Positions 1-8,587 of a stretch of 34,256 nucleotides of DNA are shown here, piece after piece; the first letter of the stretch is position 1; every line of letters begins with the position of its first letter. The notes under the pieces were generated by a model that made no database searches, was not told the origin of the DNA, and was given only the letters and a program-made list of their open reading frames with translations. The DNA is from Actinomycetota bacterium. Lineage in GTDB: Bacteria > Actinomycetota > Acidimicrobiia > IMCC26256 > VFJJ01. A program made the position numbers and the translations under genes. Location: the NCBI GenBank assembly GCA_009886115.1, contig VFJJ01000040.1:1-34256 (forward strand). Direction: 5' to 3'.

Positions 1-2
1 GC

Positions 3-932
3 GGGGTCTCGCCCACCATCGCCGCCGATCTGAACGCTCTCCCCGAGGTCGAAGCGGCGACGGGGCTCCGATTCGGCTTCGCGACCCTCGACGGTGACGC
101 CGAGGGCTATGCGGCGCTCGACCCGCAGACCGTGGCGAGCATCATCGACCTGCAGGTCGTCGAGGGCAGCTTCGCCGACCTGGGCGGCGCGGGTGACGAC
201 ACCGTGATGCTCCAAGACGGGCGCGCCCGCGACCTCGACGTCACGATCGGCAGCACCGTTGCGTTGGCGTTCATCGACGGATCGACAAGAGATCTCAGGG
301 TGGTCGGCATCTACGCCAAGGACGACGCGATCTACGGGTCCGAGTTCGTGGTGTCGCAAGCGCTGCACGAGTCGACGGGCATCGACCAGTTCGACCAACA
401 GGTGTTCGTGAAGCTGGCGAGCGGCGTCTCCATCGAAGAGTCTCGACCGGGGATCGAAGCTGCGGTCGCCGCGTTCCCATCGGCCGATCTCCAAGACCGC
501 GAGACGTTCATCGACGAGCAGGCCGCACAGGTCGACACGTTCGTGAACCTGATCTACGCCATGCTCGGGTTGGCCGTGATCATCGCCATCGGCAGCATCT
601 CCAACACGTTGAGCCTGTCGATCCACGAACGGACCCGGGAGATCGGGTTGGTCCGGGCGGTGGGCTCGACCCGACCCCAGACCCGGTGGATGGTCCGCTA
701 CGAGTCGTGGATCGTGGCCCTGCTCGGCACGGTGATGGGCATCGTCATCGGCGTGTTGTTCGGGTACGCGATCGTGGCCGGCCTCGAGGACGAGGGGGTC
801 GTCTTCTCGATCCCCGTCGCCAGCTTGGTGGTCGTCATCGTGGGTGCCGTCGCAGCCGGCTCGCTGGCGGCCATCCGTCCCGCCCGCCGCGCCGCCCGGC
901 TCGACATCCTCCGGGCCGTCTCGGCGGAGTGA
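3..932 (+). CDS. ABC transporter permease, FtsX/MacB family (5'-truncated by window edge)
   Basis: Frame is open from position 3. C-terminal FtsX signature SNTLSLSIHERTREIGLVRAVG, several hydrophobic helices and terminal PARRAARLDILRA. Confidence 0.9.
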   Translation, partial: GVSPTIAADLNALPEVEAATGLRFGFATLDGDAEGYAALDPQTVASIIDLQVVEGSFADLGGAGDDTVMLQDGRARDLDVTIGSTVALAFIDGSTRDLRVVGIYAKDDAIYGSEFVVSQALHESTGIDQFDQQVFVKLASGVSIEESRPGIEAAVAAFPSADLQDRETFIDEQAAQVDTFVNLIYAMLGLAVIIAIGSISNTLSLSIHERTREIGLVRAVGSTRPQTRWMVRYESWIVALLGTVMGIVIGVLFGYAIVAGLEDEGVVFSIPVASLVVVIVGAVAAGSLAAIRPARRAARLDILRAVSAE

Positions 933-945
933 GTGCACGTCGTCA

Positions 946-998
946 TCGAGCACCTGTCGCTGAAGGGCAACACGTGCGGTTCACCGACAGGTGCTCGA
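946..998. repeat. REP-like palindrome family A, copy 1
   Basis: TCGAGCACCTGTCGCTGAA...TTCACCGACAGGTGCTCGA inverted repeat. Homologous copy in opposite orientation at 31854-31902. Confidence 0.85.
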
Positions 999-1109
999 CG
1001 GGTGCTCGATGGATTCTCGCCGTCGACACCTCCGGTTCGCCGATCGGCAACCCGGACCGGCCATGCTCTCCCCACGACTTCACCTGGCCCTGCCGGGAAG
1101 GACACCCTC

Positions 1110-1913
1110 GTGAGCACCGATATCCACCCTGAGATGCACCCCGAGATCGCTGCCCGACGCATCCCGCTCGAGGGCTCGTGGAACTTCCGCGACCTGGGCG
1201 GCTACGAGACCATCGATGGGCGCTCCATCAAGTGGCGCAAGGTGTTCCGGGCCGACGGCCTCGATGCGCTCACACCCGACGACCACGTCACGATCGTCGT
1301 CGAGCTCGGCGTGCGGGTGATCTACGACCTCCAGCGCGAGGGCGAGGTCGATCAGCCCGTCCCGCTGTACCAGCGAGCCGACGCTCCCCGGCGCGTCCAC
1401 CTGCCGATCGGCGGGCAGCTCTCGACCAACAACGGGTTCCACGAGAAGGTGCTCGCCGGCGAGATCGACCGCATCGACCCGTCCTGGATGACCGAGATGT
1501 ACGCAAACTTCTCACGTACCCACGCCGGCGACTACGGCGTGATGCTGCGGGGTCTCGCCGAGGCCGACGACCTGCCCGCGGTCTTCCACTGCGCGGCCGG
1601 CAAGGACCGGACCGGGATCGGCGCCGCGCTCTTGCTCGCGGTGCTCGGGGTCCCCGACGACACGATCGTGGCCGACTACCACCTCACCGAGCAGGCCCGG
1701 CTCCCGCGCATCAAGGAGATGGGCGACCGCCTCGCCGAACAGGGCGTCGACATCAACAACCTCCGGGGCTACTTCGGTGCCGCTCCCGAGTGCATGCGCG
1801 ACACGCTGGCCAGCCTCCGGTCGGAGTTCGACTCTATCGAGCGGTTCCTGGCCGAGGAGGCCGGCGTCGACTCGACGACGATCACCCGCCTGCGCTCTCT
1901 GCTCTTGGAGTAA
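1110..1913 (+). CDS. Tyrosine/lipid protein phosphatase (PtpB-like, Y_phosphatase3 family)
   Basis: NFRDLGGY motif, catalytic P-loop HCAAGKDRTG, IVADY. GTG at 1110 follows an SD-like GGAAGGA. Confidence 0.9.
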   Translation: MSTDIHPEMHPEIAARRIPLEGSWNFRDLGGYETIDGRSIKWRKVFRADGLDALTPDDHVTIVVELGVRVIYDLQREGEVDQPVPLYQRADAPRRVHLPIGGQLSTNNGFHEKVLAGEIDRIDPSWMTEMYANFSRTHAGDYGVMLRGLAEADDLPAVFHCAAGKDRTGIGAALLLAVLGVPDDTIVADYHLTEQARLPRIKEMGDRLAEQGVDINNLRGYFGAAPECMRDTLASLRSEFDSIERFLAEEAGVDSTTITRLRSLLLE

Positions 1914-1919
1914 CAGCCT

Positions 1920-1973
1920 GCCTGCAACGATCCAACTGCCTGCAACGCGCCAACTGCCTGCAACGCGCCAACT
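1920..1973 (+). repeat. 3 x 18-bp tandem repeat GCCTGCAACG(AT/CG)CCAACT running into palindrome B
   Basis: Units at 1920-1937, 1938-1955 and 1956-1973, read directly from sequence. Confidence 0.9.
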
Positions 1974-2019
1974 GTCAGCGTGGCGGGCCGTATCCGGCCC
2001 GCCACGCTGACAGTTGGCG
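1966..2019. repeat. REP-like palindrome family B, copy 1 (perfect hairpin between convergent genes)
   Basis: CGCCAACTGTCAGCGTGGCGGGCCG-TATC-CGGCCCGCCACGCTGACAGTTGGCG, 25-bp perfect stem. Homologues at 9522 and 33555. Confidence 0.9.
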
Positions 2020-2025
2020 ATGGCA

Positions 2026-3465
2026 CTACCGCGACCCGCCGCGCGTCATGGCTCCCAGGTCGAGGATGCGGTCGAGGTCGGCCGCGGCCATGAGGCCTCG
2101 CTCGACGACCACGTCGCGCACCGGGCGGCGCTCTCGCACGGCCTGCTGCACGACACCGGCGACGACCTCGTAGCCGAGGTGGGGGTTGAGCGCGGTGGCG
2201 ATGGCGGGCGACGAGCCGGCGTGGCGCAGGCACGTTGCCTCGTCGGCGACAATACCGTCGACACAGCGGGAGGCGAAGACCTGGCACACGTTTGCCAGCA
2301 ACCGCAACGATTCCAGCAGGTTCCGGGCCATCACCGGCAGGTACGTGTTCAGCTCGAACGCCCCGTGCGAGCCGGCGAAGGCCACTGCCGTGTCGTTGCC
2401 CACGATCTGCACGGCCACCTGAGCGACGACCTCGGGAATCACCGGGTTCACCTTGCCCGGCATGATCGACGAGCCCGGTTGGAGGTCGGGCAGGTGGATC
2501 TCGCCGAGGCCGGCCGCGGGACCCGAGCCCATCCAGCGCAGGTCGTTGGCGATCTTCATGAGCCCAATGGCCGCCGTGCGGACCTGACCCGAGGTCTCGA
2601 CGAGCGCATCGGGTGCCGCCTGGCTGGCGAAGCGGTCGCGGGCCACGGTGAACGGCAGGTCGAGCCGTTGTGCGAGCGCCGCGATCACGGCCGGCCCGAA
2701 ACCCTTGGGGGCGTTGAGCCCCGTCCCAACGGCCGTTCCCCCGAGCGGCAGCTCGGCCAGACGGGGCACGGCGTCCCGCAGCCGTTGCGCGGCATCCTCG
2801 ACCTGGGTCGCGTACCCGCCGAGCTCCTGTCCCAACGTGATCGGCACGGCGTCCATGAGATGGGTACGGCCGGCCTTCACGACGTGCGCCAGCTCCCGGG
2901 CCTTGGCCCGCAACGAGGCCGCGAGCGTCTCGAGCGCGGGGACGGCCTGCCTTACCACCAGCTCCGTGGCGGCGATGCGGATGGCGGAGGGGAACACGTC
3001 GTTCGACGACTGGCTGGCGTTCACGTGGTCGTTGGGATGCACCGGGGGCCGGCGGGGCCCCAGCCGGTCGGTCGCCAACGAGGCGATCACCTCGTTGGCG
3101 TTCATGTTCGACGACGTGCCCGAGCCGGTCTGGAACACGTCGACGGGGAACTGGTCGTACCAGCGGCCGTCCGCCACCTCGTTCGCCGCCGCGGCGATCG
3201 CCCGGGCCATGGCGGTGGTCACCCCGGGAACCGACCGCAGCCGCCCGTTCACCAATGCGGCCTCGGCCTTGACGAGTGCCAGCGCCCTGATGAGCGCGCG
3301 CTCGATGGGCACGCCCGAGATCGGGAAGTTGGCAACGGCCCGCGCCGTCTGGGCCCCGTAGCGAGCCTCGGCCGGCACGTCGACCGTCCCCAGCGAGTCG
3401 TGCTCGACCCGGGTCTCGCGCCTGCTGGTACTCGTTCCGTTGGTCTCGCCTCTCGCACCGCCCAT
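2026..3465 (-). CDS. fumC: Class II fumarate hydratase
   Basis: [37 protein letters not shown] and the [11 protein letters not shown] signature. ATG at 3465 chosen as start. Confidence 0.93.
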   Translation of the reverse strand: MGGARGETNGTSTSRRETRVEHDSLGTVDVPAEARYGAQTARAVANFPISGVPIERALIRALALVKAEAALVNGRLRSVPGVTTAMARAIAAAANEVADGRWYDQFPVDVFQTGSGTSSNMNANEVIASLATDRLGPRRPPVHPNDHVNASQSSNDVFPSAIRIAATELVVRQAVPALETLAASLRAKARELAHVVKAGRTHLMDAVPITLGQELGGYATQVEDAAQRLRDAVPRLAELPLGGTAVGTGLNAPKGFGPAVIAALAQRLDLPFTVARDRFASQAAPDALVETSGQVRTAAIGLMKIANDLRWMGSGPAAGLGEIHLPDLQPGSSIMPGKVNPVIPEVVAQVAVQIVGNDTAVAFAGSHGAFELNTYLPVMARNLLESLRLLANVCQVFASRCVDGIVADEATCLRHAGSSPAIATALNPHLGYEVVAGVVQQAVRERRPVRDVVVERGLMAAADLDRILDLGAMTRGGSR

Positions 3466-3471
3466 CCCCGC

Positions 3472-3518
3472 ATTCTTCGCGCTTTCGCGCACCCCCGGTG
3501 CAAAATCGCGAAGAAACC
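3472..3518. repeat. REP-like palindrome family C, copy 1
   Basis: ATTCTTCGCGC-TTTCGCGCACCCCCGGTGCAAAA-TCGCGAAGAAACC. Related copy at 13016-13062. Confidence 0.85.
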
Positions 3519-3532
3519 TAGAAACGAGACGC

Positions 3533-3850
3533 TCAATCGAGGCCGAGGAGGGTCGTCAGCGCTTCGTCGACGCTCCACAGCTCGTCCCGGCTGAGGTGGC
3601 CCCTGAGATCCCCGAGCCGCTGGGCATCGACGGCGCCGATCTGCTCGACGAGGACCCGCGTCGTCTCACCGTCGAGGTCGATCTCGGGCCGAAACGACGC
3701 GGGACGGGCGCTGCGCGAGGTCGGGGCCACGATCACCACCGAACGGTGAAGGAACTCGTCGGCTTGGACCACGACGGCGAAGCGATCGCCGTGCAGCTCA
3801 TGACCGACACCGTTCGGCAGCTTGAATCGGCAGACGTCACCCCGGAGCAC
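3533..3850 (-). CDS. Type II toxin, PemK/MazF family endoribonuclease
   Basis: About 105 aa: MLRGDV...[16 protein letters not shown]...VIVAPTS...[18 protein letters not shown] at 3850 overlaps the antitoxin 3' end. Confidence 0.88.
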   Translation of the reverse strand: MLRGDVCRFKLPNGVGHELHGDRFAVVVQADEFLHRSVVIVAPTSRSARPASFRPEIDLDGETTRVLVEQIGAVDAQRLGDLRGHLSRDELWSVDEALTTLLGLD

Positions 3851-4076
3851 GCAGCGACTCCATGAGCGAAGCGACGGCGAGCATCTCGGCGCGATCGGCC
3901 TCGTCGGCCTCGAGCGCCGCGGCCTCGGCTGCAAGCTCCGAGGGACGCTGAAGCCGGCGAGCCGACGAGATCAGGGCCGAGCGGATGGCCTCCGATCGAG
4001 AGAGCCCCGTGGCCTCCAGCACCCGGAGTGCCTGCTGGGCTTCGGTGTCGAGCCTGACCGAGATGGCGTCCGTCAC
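3837..4076 (-). CDS. Antitoxin, ribbon-helix-helix (CopG-like)
   Basis: 79 aa: AISVRLD...LSRSEAIRSAL RHH pattern with an acidic C-terminus, directly upstream of and overlapping the toxin. Confidence 0.82.
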   Translation of the reverse strand: MTDAISVRLDTEAQQALRVLEATGLSRSEAIRSALISSARRLQRPSELAAEAAALEADEADRAEMLAVASLMESLRAPG

Positions 4077-4106
4077 CCCCAGAGTGTACCACAAAACGCG
4101 ATACAT
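4077..4106 (-). promoter_or_regulatory. Putative leaderless promoter/operator of the TA pair
   Basis: Minus strand TGTGG-TACACT (extended -10) lies 6 nt before the GTG start. An imperfect inverted repeat TGTACCAC...GCGATACA overlaps it. Confidence 0.55.
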
Positions 4107-4152
4107 TGCCCCGCGCCTCGGTTCTCGTGGGGCTGGCGTCCGGCCCCCGACG

Positions 4153-5085
4153 CTACGAGAGGAACTGGGTGACGTCGGACTGCTTGGCTCGCACGGCCTC
4201 GGCGGCCTCGCGCAGGGCGCCCAGCTCGGCGGCGGAGAGGGGGAGCTCGACGATCTGCTCCACGCCGCCCCGGCCGAGCTTGGCCGACACGCCGAGGTAC
4301 ACGTCGGAGATCCCGTACTGGCCCGTGACCCAGGCGCACACCGGCATCTCGGCCTTGGAGTCGGTGGCCACCGCCTCCACCATCTTCGCTGCCGCACTCG
4401 CCGGGGCGTAGTAGGCCGAGCCCGTCTTGAGCAGCGCCACGATCTCGGCGCCGCCGTCACGGGTCTTCTGCACCAGCCAGTCGATGGTCTCGGCGTCGGC
4501 GATCTCGGTGAGCGGTCGACCGTCGACCCGAACCAGCGACGGCACCGGCACCATCGTGTCGCCGTGCGAACCCAGGGTGATGGCCTCCACCTTCGACGGC
4601 GACACGCCGAACTTCTCGGCCACGAAGTGCTTGAAGCGGGCCGTGTCGAGCATCCCGGCCTGGCCCATCACCCGGGCCGACGGGAATTCGCTCACCCGGG
4701 CGGCCAACGCCGTCATCTCGTCGAGCGGGTTCGACACCACGATGAGCACGGCGTCGGGCGAGGTGGCCACGAGCTGGCGGGTGACGTCGCCGACGATCTT
4801 GGCGTTCACCTCGAGGAGGTCCATGCGGCTCATGCCCGGCTTGCGGGCCAAACCAGCGGTGATCACGCAAATGTCGGAGCCCTCCGACTCGGCGTAGCCG
4901 TTCGACCCCACGATACGGGTGTCGAAGCCCACAATCGAGCGGCTCTGCATCATGTCGAGCGCGATGCCCTGGGGCTTGCCCTCGATGATGTCGATGACGA
5001 CCACCTCGTCGGCGTACCCCGCCTCGGCGACTCGCTGGACGGTGGTGGAGCCGTAGAACCCTGACCCGACGACGGTGACCTTCAT
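4153..5085 (-). CDS. mdh: Malate dehydrogenase (LDH-like)
   Basis: GSGFYG Rossmann motif, TAGLARKPGMSRMDLL, VSNPLD, LDTARF, GSHGDTMVP, LKTGSAYYAP. Confidence 0.95.
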   Translation of the reverse strand: MKVTVVGSGFYGSTTVQRVAEAGYADEVVVIDIIEGKPQGIALDMMQSRSIVGFDTRIVGSNGYAESEGSDICVITAGLARKPGMSRMDLLEVNAKIVGDVTRQLVATSPDAVLIVVSNPLDEMTALAARVSEFPSARVMGQAGMLDTARFKHFVAEKFGVSPSKVEAITLGSHGDTMVPVPSLVRVDGRPLTEIADAETIDWLVQKTRDGGAEIVALLKTGSAYYAPASAAAKMVEAVATDSKAEMPVCAWVTGQYGISDVYLGVSAKLGRGGVEQIVELPLSAAELGALREAAEAVRAKQSDVTQFLS

Positions 5086-5169
5086 GGCGCGACAGACCTC
5101 ACGAGAGAGCGGGCTGGTGACGCCGAAACGGTAGCGCTGACCGTTTGGCAGGCCGGAACCGGTCGTCCG

Positions 5170-5331
5170 ACACCCACGATCGAGCCGGGCGATCCCGGGA
5201 CCTACTGCTTGCCGTGGTCGGGGCTCGAGAACGTGTCCGAAGGCCGCCGCGACGGGATGCTCGAAACTGCGTCGCGCTATCGGGATTCGATCTTCCGCTT
5301 CGCCGACGAGATCGTCTCCAAGCTCAGGTAG
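5170..5331 (+). pseudogene. Start-less gene remnant (3' end of an unknown CDS)
   Basis: Codon-like GC3-rich frame TPTIEPGDPGTYCLPWSGLENVSEGRRDGMLETASRYRDSIFRFADEIVSKLR*. No start codon upstream in frame before mdh. Confidence 0.35.
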
Positions 5332-5348
5332 CTCGATCGGCCCATGGG

Positions 5349-5462
5349 TCAGTCGGGGATCGGCTGGGCTAGGTGCGCAGAGAGGTCACCGATCAGGTCG
5401 CCGTCGTCGATGAGCTCCGCGTAGCGGTAGAGCAGGTTGGTGATCTCGGTCTCAGGGCTCAC
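5349..5462 (-). pseudogene. Internally deleted SnoaL/NTF2-family gene (37 codons)
   Basis: SD GAGGAGG + GTG. MSPETEITNLLYRYAELIDDGD (NTF2 N-terminal helix) is joined directly to LIGDLSAHL (typical C-terminus of this subfamily). Confidence 0.7.
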
Positions 5463-5568
5463 GTACTCGCCTCCTCGGTGGGTCGGCCGTCACGGCACAC
5501 ACGACCGCGATCACACGATCCGATCGCGCGGTCACGCGCTCCGGAGCGACCGGGCCGCCGGCGAATTG

Positions 5569-6097
5569 GTGCGCCCAGCTGCAACGGCCGTGGCGGTCCC
5601 CGGAGGTGTGGTGATCGCGACCGGTGAAGGGGACGAGCGCGCCGCCACAGCGCTGGTTGCGTTTGTCGGGTTCGCGGGCGATGTGCGGTGGATGCGCCGC
5701 GTTCCCGGACATGCGGCCGTGTAGAAGTCACCGGCGGGAAGGATCGATCGTCCAGCGCGATGCGACCGGCGCTCCGGTTGCCGTCTTTCGACAGGGTGTC
5801 TGGCTCGACGATGCCGGCACCCTCGCTGCCCTCCAGCGAACAGTGTCGTTCGAGTTCGAGATGAACGGCGCGTTGGTCTGCGGCTGGACGATGATCGACA
5901 CCACCAACGGGCAGCCCGTCCAGACCTGGACGAGCAGCGACGCATTCGCCGTGGGCTGTTGCGGCGACGGGCCTTTCGTGCACACGGCCCAGACCGGCGG
6001 GGTGGTGATCTCGACGAACAGCCCAGTCGTCAATGTTTGGCTACCGGCGGGGCTCTCTCAGCCGACGGTGACGACCTCGCTCGTCACCCCGCGCTGA
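5569..6097 (+). pseudogene. Degraded/frameshifted beta-rich hypothetical protein
   Basis: Protein-like segment AVAVPGGVVIATG...GDVRW ends at TAG 5724. A second protein-like segment GSIVQRDATGAPVAV...VNVWLP in another frame ends at 6097. Confidence 0.4.
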
Positions 6098-6109
6098 GCC
6101 CGCACCTCG

Positions 6110-6940
6110 TCAGGCGCCCGTTCGGCGACCGTCGACCTCGCCGAGCATGACGCGGCGGGCCTCGGCCAGCTCTTGGATGCGGTGCGCCGCGTCGACCTCG
6201 GCGCCGCCGTGGTCGGGATGGGCGACCTTCAAGAGCCGCCGATAGCGACGCTGCACGTCGACCCGGGAGGCCGCGTCGGTCGGCCCGTATCCCAACACCT
6301 CCATGGCCCAACGGAGCTCGCTCGGCACCCGGCTCCAGTCGAGCACGCTCGGTCGAGCGCCGGGGCCCGACCCCGACCCGTCGGCGCCATGGCCGCCGGG
6401 ACCGCCGGGGCCGCTGGGGCTGCTCCCGTCGAGCACGAAGGTCACAGGCTCGAACTCGGTGACGTAGCGGACCGTCACGTCGACCGGGAACACGTCGGGC
6501 GTCCCGACCGAACGTTCGATCGACTCCAGGCACTGGGCCCGGGGCCGTGGGGCCAAACGGGAAGCGGCCCACACCGCCGCGATGAGCTGGGGGACGGGAT
6601 ACTGCGACGACACGTCGAGCTCGACGACGAGGCCCCCGTCCTCACCCAGCAACCGGTGCCGGGAACGGGCCAGGCCCACGAGATCGGTCTGGAGCCGAAA
6701 GCGCAGCCGGCGCCGAGGTACGTCGATGCTGCCCTGACGAGCCTCGGCGAGGAACGCCGGGACCTCGGCGCGCTGATCGTCGTCGAGACCAGCCGCCCCC
6801 ATCGACGCGACACATCCCAGCAACAGCGCTGCCGCCGAGCCGCCAGCCGGGAGCTGCGTCGAGGCGATCGCCACGCGACGGGTCGGCATGTGCCGGCGCG
6901 TGTGACGCACCTCCAGCTCGGCCAACGCATCGAGGGTCAC
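6110..6940 (-). CDS. J-domain-containing protein (C-terminal DnaJ domain, unknown N-terminal domain)
   Basis: C-terminal WAMEVLG...VQRRYRRLLKVAHPDHGG...IQELAEARRVM with intact HPD motif. Confidence 0.85.
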   Translation of the reverse strand: MTLDALAELEVRHTRRHMPTRRVAIASTQLPAGGSAAALLLGCVASMGAAGLDDDQRAEVPAFLAEARQGSIDVPRRRLRFRLQTDLVGLARSRHRLLGEDGGLVVELDVSSQYPVPQLIAAVWAASRLAPRPRAQCLESIERSVGTPDVFPVDVTVRYVTEFEPVTFVLDGSSPSGPGGPGGHGADGSGSGPGARPSVLDWSRVPSELRWAMEVLGYGPTDAASRVDVQRRYRRLLKVAHPDHGGAEVDAAHRIQELAEARRVMLGEVDGRRTGA

Positions 6941-7026
6941 GGAACCTCCATCTCAGCTCCCACAGGAGCCTTCGGTTCGGTGACCCTCGTCGGATGCGCA
7001 ACAGGTGTCAGGCGATGCGCTCGCAG

Positions 7027-8220
7027 CTACAGCCGGTCGATGATCGCGGTGGCGAACTCGGAGCACTTGACCTCGGTGGCGCCGTCCATGAGTCGGGCGA
7101 AGTCGTAGGTGACGATCTTCTCGGAGATGGTCTGCTCCATGGCCGTGATGATGTCGGCGGCGGCGGCCTTCCAGCCGAGGTGCTCGAACATCATGACGCC
7201 CGAGAGGATCACCGAGCCCGGGTTGACCTTGTCGAGGTCGGCGTACTTGGGGGCGGTGCCGTGGGTGGCCTCGAACACGCCGTGGCCCGTGACGTAGTTG
7301 ATGTTGCCGCCCGGCGCGATGCCGATGCCGCCGATCTGCGCAGCCAGAGCATCGGACAGATAATCGCCATTCAGGTTCATGGTGGCGATCACGTCGAACT
7401 CGTCGGGACGGGTGAGCACCTGCTGGAGCGTGATGTCGGCGATCGAGTCCTTCACCAGGATCTTGCTGCCGGGCTTGCCACCGCAGTCGTCCCAGCCTAC
7501 CGCCACGTCGCTGAACTCCTCACGAACGAGGTCGTAGCCCCAGTTCATGAACGCGCCCTCGGTGAACTTCTGGATGTTGCCCTTGTGCACCATGTTCACC
7601 GACGAGCGCTTGTTCTCGACGGCGTAGTTGAGCGCGGCCCGGATGAGGCGCTTCGAACCGGTGCGGGAGATGGGCTTGATGCCGATGCCCGAGTCGATCC
7701 GGATGTCCCAGCCGAAGGCCTCCTTGAGGTAGCCGATCAGCTGGAGCGCCTCGGGCGTGCCCTCCTCGACCTCCATGCCGGCGTAGACGTCCTCGGTGTT
7801 CTCACGGAAGATCACCATGTCGACCTTCTCGGGCGACTTCACCGGAGACGGCACACCCTTGAAGTAGCGCACGGGCCGCAGGCACACGTACAGGTCGAGG
7901 AGCTGACGCAACGCCACGTTGAGCGAACGGATGCCACCGCCGATGGGCGTGGTGAGCGGACCCTTGATGCCGATGAGGTGATCACGGAATCCCTCGACGG
8001 TCTCCTCGGGGAGCCAGTTACCGGTCTCGTCGAAGGCCTTCTGGCCGGCGAGCACTTCCTTCCAGGCGATCTTCTTGCCGTGCTTGGCGGCCGCCGCGTC
8101 CATGACCCGGACCGATGCCTTCCAGATGTCGCGGCCGGTGCCGTCGCCCTCGATGAAGGGGATGACGGGCTCGTCGGGGACGTGCAGCACCCCGTCGACC
8201 AGCGTGATCTTCTCTGCCAT
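7027..8220 (-). CDS. icd: NADP-dependent isocitrate dehydrogenase (E. coli-type dimeric)
   Basis: [62 protein letters not shown] before ATG 8220. Confidence 0.96.
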   Translation of the reverse strand: MAEKITLVDGVLHVPDEPVIPFIEGDGTGRDIWKASVRVMDAAAAKHGKKIAWKEVLAGQKAFDETGNWLPEETVEGFRDHLIGIKGPLTTPIGGGIRSLNVALRQLLDLYVCLRPVRYFKGVPSPVKSPEKVDMVIFRENTEDVYAGMEVEEGTPEALQLIGYLKEAFGWDIRIDSGIGIKPISRTGSKRLIRAALNYAVENKRSSVNMVHKGNIQKFTEGAFMNWGYDLVREEFSDVAVGWDDCGGKPGSKILVKDSIADITLQQVLTRPDEFDVIATMNLNGDYLSDALAAQIGGIGIAPGGNINYVTGHGVFEATHGTAPKYADLDKVNPGSVILSGVMMFEHLGWKAAAADIITAMEQTISEKIVTYDFARLMDGATEVKCSEFATAIIDRL

Positions 8221-8317
8221 TCCTGCTCCTCGGACGTACGCGATCAAAACCGAGGCATCCTACGCAGAGGCCTCGCCGAGCCCGCTACCGGAGTTCCGCG
8301 GGACCGCCACGCGGGAG

Positions 8318-8361
8318 CAGGAGTGAGTACTACCCCCTCCAGGGCGAACAACTCACGCCTG
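8318..8361. repeat. Singleton REP-sized imperfect palindrome
   Basis: CAGG-A-GTGAGT...ACTCAC-G-CCTG, 44 bp, intergenic upstream of icd. Confidence 0.5.
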
Positions 8362-8398
8362 GTCGGATGGCGGGGGCGGCGGGGGCGGCGGCAGCTGT

Positions 8399-8587
8399 TC
8401 AGCGGACGAGGAGCACCGACACCAGGGCCACGACCCAGAGTCCGGCGCCGAAGAGCACCACCACCGTGAGGTGACGCTGCGAGGGTCGGGGTCCGTCGAC
8501 GAGGTGGAAGTTGCAGGCGCCACAACGGGTTGCGCTGGGCGTGTTGTCGGCCGAGCAGACGGGACAGGGGCGCGCCAACGGCGTCAT
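8399..8587 (-). CDS. Small zinc-ribbon membrane protein
   Basis: 62 aa with CPVC-x10-CGAC and a C-terminal TM helix. ATGA overlap with the folD stop. Confidence 0.7.
   Translation of the reverse strand: MTPLARPCPVCSADNTPSATRCGACNFHLVDGPRPSQRHLTVVVLFGAGLWVVALVSVLLVR

Noticed and set aside
933..1109. ORF-track N-terminal extensions (phosphatase from 933, kinase from 9347, WS/DGAT from 25518, NTF2 from 19752)
   Set aside because: They run through palindromes or neighbouring genes. Better starts with SD or -10 signals lie downstream.
1920..1973. Tandem repeats (also 13757 and 24428) as CRISPR arrays
   Set aside because: Units are 12-18 bp and contiguous, with no unique spacers and no cas genes.
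1966..2019. Family B palindrome as integron attC site (CCAAC...GTTGG ends)
   Set aside because: Perfect stem without extrahelical bases, poor RYYYAAC/GTTRRRY match, mixed orientations and no integrase in the window.
2014..3594. Long antisense ORFs (e.g. 2014-3594, 6994-8469, 15893-18763, 22519-24012, 29457-31961)
   Set aside because: Shadow frames of real genes in high-GC DNA, with Arg/Gly/His-rich translations and no motifs.
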